DNA of 64,000 nt, taken from sequence record MW394391.1; one strand, given 5' to 3'. The position numbers and the translations under genes were made by a program. Below the pieces are notes generated by a model. That model had not been told where the DNA came from, searched no databases, and saw only the letters and a program-made list of their open reading frames with translations. This document shows positions 55,077 through 62,871 of this stretch, piece after piece; the stretch's first letter is position 1; each line of letters begins with the position of its first letter. Origin of the DNA: Klebsiella phage vB_KpM_FBKp24.

Positions 55077-57548
55077 CTACGAAAATAAAGCCACGTTGTT
55101 CACCCCGTCCTTCGCCTGACGAAAATCAAAATCAATGATGTCCGAAAAAGGAAGAGCACCGTGGGAAACTGCGTGGTGGGAAATTAAAAACACCTGTGAA
55201 AATCTTTCATTCTCAACCCCTCGGGTAATGAATTGCATTAAACGAGCTTTGTGTTCCGGGGAAAGCGGGCGGTCAACTTCATCCAGACAAAGCGGGACGT
55301 TGTTCAGGTTCAGGTATAACATCGCTGTTATCTGAAAGGCGAAATCAATGATTTTCATTTGTCCGTCTGAGCCGGTACGCATATCGGGAACAACATAATC
55401 GTCCGAGTCATGTAATCGTAAAGGGAAGTCGTAGGAGAGGTCGGTATCGTTCGGTTTCCCAATCAGTAATTCCATAGGGTGTGTCCAGATCTCGGCAATT
55501 ACCTCATTTAACTGCGAGATAAAGAGTTTAATAAAACCGTTCATCTGTTCGGCTACTACCCCAGACTTCGGCGAAAGCGTGGAAACCAATAACCGGTAAC
55601 TCTCCACTTTCTTTTTTTGTTTCTCTAGCTGCTTTCGAAGGTCATCGATTTGGTCTATCAATGTTTTAGCGTCGTTCAGGGTTTTGGTCAGTGTTCCAAT
55701 ATGCCCTTGTAAGTCCTGTATCAACAGCAGACGCGTTTGATTAAAGAGGTGGTCAATACCGTCCACTGTATCCGAAACCAGTCTCTCGTAGTTCTGTGTG
55801 GCATTATCCACAGCTTCGGCATATTGGTCAGCGTACTTCAATCCTTGTTCCCAACTTCGCTGTTCTTCTCGAGCACGAGCCAGTTCATGATAAATCCCTT
55901 CCATCCCTTCTTTTACTTTATCATACCGGCTTCTTACCCCTTCAATCCCCGCTACAACATTTTCTTGTAACCGAGAAAGTACTAATTGCGCATCCTGCAT
56001 TTTCTGTTTGGCCCGGTAAACCTCCAGACGTTTCTCCAGATCCTCTTTGAGTAGTAACATGACCTGCACTGCTCGTAACGGTTCGTCTTTCATGGCAACA
56101 CGACGATCGAGTTCTAAGAATAACGACTGGGCGGCAGGGGCTTGGTTACGGAGTCCCACTAAATTGCGGAATTGATTCAGCCAGGTTTCGATATTGTCGA
56201 TTGCTAAGCGATTGTCCTCGATAGCCTTTTCACCCTGACGCAAACTTTCACCGACGTCGGTCAGTAATTTCATGAGACGGGGTCGGGCATCGGACGAAAC
56301 TCCGGGGATGAAATGAAATTTACATTGCGGGCAATGAACTTCTTTCCCCTGTTCGAGATGATGGAGTTGTTCACGGTATTGCGCTTGTTTCGCGGACAAA
56401 GCGTTATAATGGTCTTGAAAGCGTTGGCGGTTCTTAAGCAACTCTTCGTAATTTTGTCGGGTGAATTTCCCTTCTGGATCAGGGGTCATCTCCGTCAGTG
56501 TTCGAGACCACTCCGGGAAGATCATGCTCAGTTGTTCCAGGGCCATTTCTAACGCATTATCATCGATCTCCAGTTCAGGGGCGTAATATTGCTCCTGTGA
56601 AGCTACGTGAAATTGTCGTTCCCAATAGTTGACTTCATTACGTAAACGACTGAGGTTCTCTTCGCTGGCATCGGCATTTCTTTTCAGTATTAATTCTAAT
56701 TCGTCATATTCTTCCTGTAACGCTTTCTTACGCGTTTCCATGCCAAAGATATACTCTTTTAGCTTACTGATGCGTTCGATCCATACAGCGCGATCTGTGG
56801 CGTTTAAAGGGGCATCTGGCATAAGCTTGAGCGCAGACTTTATTTGTTCCGGGATTTGTTGCCACTGATATTGTAAGGCAACTGAATCTTGTGCGGTATT
56901 TTTTGTTTCCCGATAATCCTTCAGTACCTCAGTGACAATAGACTGATATTCGACCAGTCGTTCTTTCAACACGCGGTATTCTTCTTCTGAGATACGCTGG
57001 GCTTCTTTTTCTGCTAACGCTTCTTCTAATGCATTGACTGCGCCGGTAGCGTGCGATAACTTCTTCCGGGCTTTATGAAAAAGATTATTAGCAAACGACA
57101 TATCCGAATCGGCTAATGCCGTCAATACCTCTTGTCGTTTTGCACTCCCTGCTGCTGAAAATGAAAACTGCCCCGACTGAATAAGTGCAGAGAATTTATC
57201 GCCGTTAAGGTACTTTTGGACAAGATCCCTTTGAACACTTGCGGTCCCGCCGTCATTAAGGTTTTCTCCGTTTAACCAAAATTCGTGTTTAGCATCGGAG
57301 CCCACAAGGGTTTTAGTTTCAATAATCCCGTGATCGGTCTCCAGTACCAAGCGAGATAAGCCGTTTTTTTCGAAGGCGTTACTTGCAGAAGGAAAGGCGG
57401 TGATTTCGTCCAGCAGTGCAGATTTACCGAATCCGTTTGGTCCTACGATAATCTGATAAGGACTTTTTGGCTTGTAGAGAATTCTTTCGATTAAGCCAGA
57501 ACGCAGGCGCTTGTTATGAGAAATCTCGGCCTCAATTACTTTGATCAT
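55077..57548 (-). CDS. SbcC/Rad50-like SMC-family ATPase (823 aa).
   Basis: Walker A GPNGFGKSALLDEI. Long heptad-rich coiled-coil. CPQC zinc-hook-like motif in the middle. C-terminal LCLDEVD (Walker B/D-loop) and LISHH (H-loop). Confidence 0.75.
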   Translation of the reverse strand: MIKVIEAEISHNKRLRSGLIERILYKPKSPYQIIVGPNGFGKSALLDEITAFPSASNAFEKNGLSRLVLETDHGIIETKTLVGSDAKHEFWLNGENLNDGGTASVQRDLVQKYLNGDKFSALIQSGQFSFSAAGSAKRQEVLTALADSDMSFANNLFHKARKKLSHATGAVNALEEALAEKEAQRISEEEYRVLKERLVEYQSIVTEVLKDYRETKNTAQDSVALQYQWQQIPEQIKSALKLMPDAPLNATDRAVWIERISKLKEYIFGMETRKKALQEEYDELELILKRNADASEENLSRLRNEVNYWERQFHVASQEQYYAPELEIDDNALEMALEQLSMIFPEWSRTLTEMTPDPEGKFTRQNYEELLKNRQRFQDHYNALSAKQAQYREQLHHLEQGKEVHCPQCKFHFIPGVSSDARPRLMKLLTDVGESLRQGEKAIEDNRLAIDNIETWLNQFRNLVGLRNQAPAAQSLFLELDRRVAMKDEPLRAVQVMLLLKEDLEKRLEVYRAKQKMQDAQLVLSRLQENVVAGIEGVRSRYDKVKEGMEGIYHELARAREEQRSWEQGLKYADQYAEAVDNATQNYERLVSDTVDGIDHLFNQTRLLLIQDLQGHIGTLTKTLNDAKTLIDQIDDLRKQLEKQKKKVESYRLLVSTLSPKSGVVAEQMNGFIKLFISQLNEVIAEIWTHPMELLIGKPNDTDLSYDFPLRLHDSDDYVVPDMRTGSDGQMKIIDFAFQITAMLYLNLNNVPLCLDEVDRPLSPEHKARLMQFITRGVENERFSQVFLISHHAVSHGALPFSDIIDFDFRQAKDGVNNVALFS

Positions 57549-57626
57549 TTTTATCCCTTGTTTCGCCGGAATTATTTGTCTATTGGAATAGGCCGGAAAG
57601 TGAAAAAATAAAAGGAGAACACTTTT

Positions 57627-58616
57627 GTGAATACCGATGACATTGTTGAACGGACGTACGGAATTGTTGCTGAAAACAAAGTTTTAGGTCAAAATAATAT
57701 TTTGGTATGGCCACACCAAAAGACACCGTGGATGCAGGGTGACGTACAAAGCCAAATGCAAAAGGTGACGGTGAAAACCGTTGACGGCAACGGAAAGAAG
57801 GTGGAAGGCACGGCGGTGACGAGTACTGCTGTTGAGGCACGATGGCGCCCGACTGACAGCAACTGGAACACAGCGCCTGACGTTCAGCGTGGTGAGGTCG
57901 TTGAGCTTATTCGTTACGCGGACATGAATACCTACTTCTGGCGCGAACGAGGAGACGGTTCTGTAGCCCGGCGATTAGAAACTAAACGTCTTTTAGTTTC
58001 TGCTAATCAAACTGCCGGCGAACCTAACCCTGATACCCATTACATGATCGAAATCTCAGGTCATACCGGTGCTATCAATATCTCAACGTCCAAAGCTAAC
58101 GGTGAAGTAAGTAGTTATCACATCACGTTGAATGGGAAAGGTGGCGCAATTAGCCTTGGTGATTCCGACGGGCAAGAAATATTTCTTGAGACGTCAACGA
58201 AAACCATTCGCGCCAGAAACTCCTCAGGTACATTAGTAGAAATAAATGATAAAGACTTAGGACTCTACTGCTTGGAGAATTTAGTAGCAGCAGGAAAAGA
58301 AAACATTATCATGCAAGCTAAAAACGTTACGGTGCAGGCCGGTGAAACCCTCAGAATGGATGCGGGGAAAACTATGAGCTTGAGCGCGGGTGAGCGCCAC
58401 GATACTACTGCGCCCATCATTGCGTTGAACGGTGCCATTCAACTTAACGGACCAATTTCGCAGGTATCCACTGACACCAACTATGACGCGACGTTACAAG
58501 GGACATTACGCGTAGTAACGGATGTTATTGGTGGTAATGTGAGTCTGGTTAATCACCCTCACAGCGGTGTGCAAAAAGGTAATGACAATACCGGTAAACC
58601 TGTTGTCACTGGGTAA
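57627..58616 (+). CDS. Putative tail central spike / beta-helical puncturing protein (329 aa), GTG start.
   Basis: Repetitive beta-strand-like segments. The C-terminal VSLVNHPHSGV has an H-x-H motif like the iron-binding apex of phage spike proteins. It is adjacent to the tail-fibre genes. GTG at 57627 has AAGGAG 9 nt upstream. Confidence 0.45.
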   Translation: MNTDDIVERTYGIVAENKVLGQNNILVWPHQKTPWMQGDVQSQMQKVTVKTVDGNGKKVEGTAVTSTAVEARWRPTDSNWNTAPDVQRGEVVELIRYADMNTYFWRERGDGSVARRLETKRLLVSANQTAGEPNPDTHYMIEISGHTGAINISTSKANGEVSSYHITLNGKGGAISLGDSDGQEIFLETSTKTIRARNSSGTLVEINDKDLGLYCLENLVAAGKENIIMQAKNVTVQAGETLRMDAGKTMSLSAGERHDTTAPIIALNGAIQLNGPISQVSTDTNYDATLQGTLRVVTDVIGGNVSLVNHPHSGVQKGNDNTGKPVVTG

Positions 58617-58622
58617 CAAAAC

Positions 58623-58650
58623 AAACAGGGAGGCAAACGCCTCCCTGTTT
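58623..58650. terminator. Bidirectional terminator AAACAGGGAGGC-aaac-GCCTCCCTGTTT.
   Basis: Between the convergent spike-like gene and the 176-aa gene. Confidence 0.7.
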
Positions 58651-58659
58651 GTTTATTCT

Positions 58660-59190
58660 TTACTCGTAAATGACATCAACTAAAGTGATGGCCTTTAACC
58701 CTTTTCCGTCACCGGAGTCGGAACCGCCACCGTAAGCCCAGACGGTGATTCGCTCCCCGGCCGCAAAATTGCACGCTAATACAGGAGAACGTTTTACACC
58801 GTTTCCTGAAGGTGCTTCCCACGGCCAGTCACTTGGCTGAGTTTGACCAACACCATATTTACCGCCAGAACCGTGCCAACCACCCTGATACCCCTGAAGT
58901 GTAACCTCAATGACCACACCCACTACTCGCTTAACCGTGGGTAGATCCCAGTAAGTCATTAAGCGGGTGTTTCCCCAAAGGGTACCGCCAATTGACCCGC
59001 TACGACCACCAACGTGTTGGCTGTTCCAGTTAACTTGCGGTAGATCGATCTTGTCCCATAAGGGCCGCCACTGACCAGACAGACAGACCCAAGCGTTATC
59101 GATTCGACGCCAGCTACCGCCCATCTTAAGCCAAGGTAGATCAAGACTACGCCACCCACCGCCAATATCCACCGAAGGCATACTTCGCAT
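58660..59190 (-). CDS. W/G-rich hypothetical protein (176 aa), possibly fibre-associated.
   Basis: ORF immediately downstream of the tail-fibre genes. Confidence 0.45.
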   Translation of the reverse strand: MRSMPSVDIGGGWRSLDLPWLKMGGSWRRIDNAWVCLSGQWRPLWDKIDLPQVNWNSQHVGGRSGSIGGTLWGNTRLMTYWDLPTVKRVVGVVIEVTLQGYQGGWHGSGGKYGVGQTQPSDWPWEAPSGNGVKRSPVLACNFAAGERITVWAYGGGSDSGDGKGLKAITLVDVIYE

Positions 59191-59205
59191 GACTACATAC
59201 CTCCC

Positions 59206-60561
59206 TTATAGATATTTCCACCAGATATGCCCGTCGCGATAACCGCTAGTGCTCCCAGGCGGGTTACTACCGGAGAAAGTTCGGTAGCCGTCTGTGTAAC
59301 GTCGAATACTGTACGGCGTAGCAAAGACGCTCCCGGCGTTACCGTCATAGTTTTCCTGATCAGTAGCTTCTCGCCAGTTCGGGACACTACCTAATCCGAC
59401 CTGCGCTTTCGTAACTTGGTGTGGGTTAGACTTATTATTCGCGTGCGAGGCAATATTCGGATCGGGCTGGTTCGTGGTATGTACGCGACCCATCGAGGTG
59501 TTGTCAACCTGCGCTAAAATTTGCGTGCCGTCCCACCCAATACGGATCGTGTTGGTTAACATATTGGTACCGCCACCACGAATTACCTGCGCATTATTCG
59601 TCACGTTCCCTAAACCGACTTGAGCAGCGGTGGTGTTATGCGGGTTAGAGGTGTTTTGCACGTGACTTGTGATCACCGGGGTAACATTGGTGCTCACGTA
59701 TTTGTTAATTTGTTGCATTCCCCTTAATGGGGTCATGACAACGTTAAGGGCAGTTCCGTCTTCCGCTTCTGTCTGGGTTGCCGGGCGATAGTTTTCAACT
59801 GCCCCTAAACCGACTTGCGCTTTCGTAACTTGGTGTGGGTTAGAAACGTCCTCGGTATGCGTTGTCAGATTATTCTGCACCGCATTAACACTATTGATCA
59901 CGCCATCAATACGATTGTCTAAACGTTCGATCTCTGCGTACAAATCGGTATCGGTCTGACGCAGCGAATCTAGCGTTTCATCGAGGTATGCCTTGATACG
60001 ATCGATGTAATTGTAAAGGACATCGTGGGAAGAAACGTCGCCGGTATAAGCCGCCTGTACCAGTTCTTCTAACGCTAACACAACGTACTCAAGTCCGTAG
60101 AGGTCGGTTGCAGAGTGTAAGTGTTTCGACGGGTTAAACTCAACGGGCTTCCCTAGAATGGCGTCCCAGGTCACGGCGCGGTTGTCTTGTTGCAGATCCG
60201 AAATAAGCTGCACTAAAACATCACGGGCTGTGGTGTAGGGGCCACCGACGCATTGATACGTTAAATAAACATCGGTGACATTGGCGCTGAGTATCTGAAC
60301 AATGGTGCAAATAGGTTTACCAATTTCAAGTTCCGCTTCCTGATAAGGATAGAGGATTTTGTAATCGGTATTCAGCGTTAGCTCTGCGCCGGTCGCTTGA
60401 TCAACCACTACCATACTTTTAGTAAAGAAAGCGCCGGCATAGGGCGCAATCGCACGATAGACTTCACGGCCTACTGAACGAGCTTCGTTAACAATTTTAT
60501 TACTGGTCGCTGTCCCTGTGCGGTCCAGGGGATATTTTAATGCCGCAGTACTGACTGTCAT
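59206..60561 (-). CDS. Tail-fibre protein (451 aa) with three NPHxVTKAQVGLGxVxNY repeats.
   Basis: NPHQVTKAQVGLGAVENYRPATQ, NPHNTTAAQVGLGNVTNNAQ and NPHQVTKAQVGLGSVPNWREATDQ. DNA direct repeats lie at about 59390-59430 and 59806-59845. Confidence 0.6.
   Translation of the reverse strand: MTVSTAALKYPLDRTGTATSNKIVNEARSVGREVYRAIAPYAGAFFTKSMVVVDQATGAELTLNTDYKILYPYQEAELEIGKPICTIVQILSANVTDVYLTYQCVGGPYTTARDVLVQLISDLQQDNRAVTWDAILGKPVEFNPSKHLHSATDLYGLEYVVLALEELVQAAYTGDVSSHDVLYNYIDRIKAYLDETLDSLRQTDTDLYAEIERLDNRIDGVINSVNAVQNNLTTHTEDVSNPHQVTKAQVGLGAVENYRPATQTEAEDGTALNVVMTPLRGMQQINKYVSTNVTPVITSHVQNTSNPHNTTAAQVGLGNVTNNAQVIRGGGTNMLTNTIRIGWDGTQILAQVDNTSMGRVHTTNQPDPNIASHANNKSNPHQVTKAQVGLGSVPNWREATDQENYDGNAGSVFATPYSIRRYTDGYRTFSGSNPPGSTSGYRDGHIWWKYL
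59390..59430. repeat. Intragenic direct repeat, copy 1 (CCGACCTGCGCTTTCGTAACTTGGTGTGGGTTAGA).
   Basis: A near-identical ~36-nt stretch recurs at 59806-59845. It encodes the NPHQVTKAQVGLG repeat read on the minus strand. Confidence 0.6.
59806..59845. repeat. Intragenic direct repeat, copy 2.
   Basis: AAACCGACTTGCGCTTTCGTAACTTGGTGTGGGTTAGA. Related but more diverged copies lie in the 747-aa gene near 61641, 61826 and 62007. Confidence 0.6.
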
Positions 60562-60574
60562 TTTAGGACCTCAC

Positions 60575-62806
60575 TTATACTGCAGTCGGTGGATTGATAA
60601 CGGCGAACCCTGAACTTGAGACAGGAACAAAACTCTCCCCACTACCCAAGTTACAGATCAGACGCCCAACTCTAAGTTCGGCTGGCAGACCACTTAAATC
60701 TACCACGGTGTCTACCGCCCAAGCCGACGCACTGTACTTGTAGCTTTGATGACTTATGACGTCAACAATACTGTATGTCAACCCACCGAAACTCGTTGGT
60801 GTAAACACCAACGCATCCTTACCATTGACAATGAAGCCTGCCATACTCGCGAAGGTCGTTGGGGTAAAGGTCACGCTACTCACGTTGACCGTGACGGTCG
60901 TTGATGCAACGGTCACTGACATTGTGGTCCCGGAAAGGGTGCAAGTAACCTGAACAGAGGCCCCTGTTAGAGCGGCCAAAGCAACGTCGCTACCCGTTGT
61001 CCAGACACCCGCAATATAAGTACCTAAATACACGGCACCGTTCTTAAAAAAGATCCCCGCGTAATTTTCATTACCGTTGCTGTCTTGGTAATAACCGAAG
61101 ATAAAGCCCGGGATAGATGTACCGGTGGCTACGTCGACATAAGCGCGTTGCGAGTAGCTTGCTGGAGCTGGCGTGATTAACGCACTTACTTGACTGGCGC
61201 TATGCAGTGGGGAGGTCACGGTACGGAGGGTTGAGCTCCATTCTTTATTAACACCCGTCGAGGACCTGGTACTACTGGCCACCAACCCGCCTGCTGGAAA
61301 ACCGGAAATCAGTTTGGCGATATATGAGGGTTGGCAGGAGTAGTTGCGAACCAACACATTGCTCGTCAGCGCAGTAGTGACCCCCGCCGGGTCGACATAA
61401 GTCTGAGTTGCTGTTCCGGCCTGGTTTTCTGCGGTCGTTGCAAATCCTGCATTAACTACATTCCCAAGACCCACATCCACTGCGGTTAGGTTGGTACCTT
61501 GTTCAATTGCCTGATCGACGTACATTTTCGCCGAATTGGTCCACCAGTAGGCGATGCCTGCCGGAGTAGTGAACAGATTCGTTGCGGTACCCAGCAAGGT
61601 TTGATCGTTGGTGGCGGTACCGTAGTTACTCACGTTTCCAAGACCGACTTGCGTAGCAGTGACCTGGTGCGGGTTGTTGTAATCCAGTAAGTGCGCAGCT
61701 AAAGGTTGGTCTGTCGAGTTCGTCAACATCAAGTTGGCTAAGTACGGCGTTAAGAGCGTCGTTTTACTGACGCCTGCCAGGGCCTCTTCTTCTGTCGCCG
61801 TTGCATAGTTAGGGACATTCCCTAAACCGACCTGCGTCTTTGTGACACCGTGAGGGTTATTGGTATTAGCGGTATGGAATTCCATAATACCCGGCACTAA
61901 CGCGTTGGCTAAAATACGCCCGCCAGACGGAGTCAGTAAGAGGTTATCTGCCACCCCTGCCGAAGATTCAAGTGAGTTTGCTGTGCGGTAGTTAGGAACT
62001 AAATCTAACCCGACTTGCGCTTTAGTAACGCCGTGAGGGTTAGACTGGTCGTCTTCGTGTTCTTGCAGCATCGGCTGGAAAATAGCCTGGAACTGCTGCG
62101 AGGTACGAAGAGACGTCATGTAATAGGTATTGTCTGTCCCGCCTTCTGCTTGTTCTTTCGAAGCCGGTACTAAGTTACCGAGATCATCGATCCCTAAATC
62201 GGCCAGCGTAATATGGTGCGGGTTGTTGTGGTCGGCAATGTGCTCCAGCAGGGATTGCATTGCTTTATTGAATCCGGCAGTTTGCGAATCGGACAGCGAA
62301 TAGATGGCCGAGATAACTTCGCTGAAACCTGTCATGTCATCTGCGTCATGACGATGCGCGATCGGCGGGAATTCGGTCGGTAAATTGACTACAGCACCCC
62401 ACTGCAATGAACGAGGATCTTGAGCCTTATTTGCCATTAACTGGAGAATACTGTTCTCATCCAGACAGAATTCACCGCCTAATGTGTGGTAGTCAATTTC
62501 AATATTTGCGCTGAGTGATTTGTCATTAAAGACAATAGCGCCATAAACAGGTAATTGACTCCCGCTGACAATAATTTGGTCAAAACGAAAACCGAAGAAA
62601 TAATCCACATCGGGTCGTAAAGTTACCCCAGTGGTCGTGTTGCGGCAGACAAAACCGCGGCGAAAGAACGGGGCGTAACGCGGGACAATAAAGTTAAAGT
62701 CCGTTCCGTTAGCCGCCGTTATCGTATGAGCCTCACTTGAGATCTGATTACTGCTATTCTCTTGGTAAGGATCGAAGTCATATGGGAATACAATTTCGTC
62801 GCTCAT
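60575..62806 (-). CDS. Tail-fibre protein (743 aa from the ATG at 62806) with at least four NPHxVTxxQVGLGNVxNY repeats.
   Basis: NNPHHITLADLGIDDLGNLVP, SNPHGVTKAQVGLDLVPNYRTA, NNPHGVTKTQVGLGNVPNYATATEEEA and NNPHQVTATQVGLGNVSNYGTATND. The track's start at 62818 is a TTG. The ATG at 62806 has GAGGA upstream. Confidence 0.6.
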   Translation of the reverse strand: MSDEIVFPYDFDPYQENSSNQISSEAHTITAANGTDFNFIVPRYAPFFRRGFVCRNTTTGVTLRPDVDYFFGFRFDQIIVSGSQLPVYGAIVFNDKSLSANIEIDYHTLGGEFCLDENSILQLMANKAQDPRSLQWGAVVNLPTEFPPIAHRHDADDMTGFSEVISAIYSLSDSQTAGFNKAMQSLLEHIADHNNPHHITLADLGIDDLGNLVPASKEQAEGGTDNTYYMTSLRTSQQFQAIFQPMLQEHEDDQSNPHGVTKAQVGLDLVPNYRTANSLESSAGVADNLLLTPSGGRILANALVPGIMEFHTANTNNPHGVTKTQVGLGNVPNYATATEEEALAGVSKTTLLTPYLANLMLTNSTDQPLAAHLLDYNNPHQVTATQVGLGNVSNYGTATNDQTLLGTATNLFTTPAGIAYWWTNSAKMYVDQAIEQGTNLTAVDVGLGNVVNAGFATTAENQAGTATQTYVDPAGVTTALTSNVLVRNYSCQPSYIAKLISGFPAGGLVASSTRSSTGVNKEWSSTLRTVTSPLHSASQVSALITPAPASYSQRAYVDVATGTSIPGFIFGYYQDSNGNENYAGIFFKNGAVYLGTYIAGVWTTGSDVALAALTGASVQVTCTLSGTTMSVTVASTTVTVNVSSVTFTPTTFASMAGFIVNGKDALVFTPTSFGGLTYSIVDVISHQSYKYSASAWAVDTVVDLSGLPAELRVGRLICNLGSGESFVPVSSSGFAVINPPTAV

Positions 62807-62822
62807 GATTATCCTCAATGTA

Positions 62823-62836
62823 CCATCGGCCGATGG
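62823..62836. repeat. Perfect 14-bp palindrome CCATCGGCCGATGG in a divergent promoter spacer.
   Basis: It lies between the tail-fibre gene start at 62806 and the plus-strand ORF start at 62872. Confidence 0.5.
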
Positions 62837-62871
62837 ATCAACATACCAATACTCATCAAAAAGGACCAGAC

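Noticed and set aside
57549-57626. CCTTGTTTCGCCGG upstream of the spike-like gene resembles the cassette sequence CCTTGTTTCGTATGACCGG.
   Set aside because: It lacks the TATGA core and no hairpin is adjacent. It may be a decayed copy, so it is not called as a promoter.
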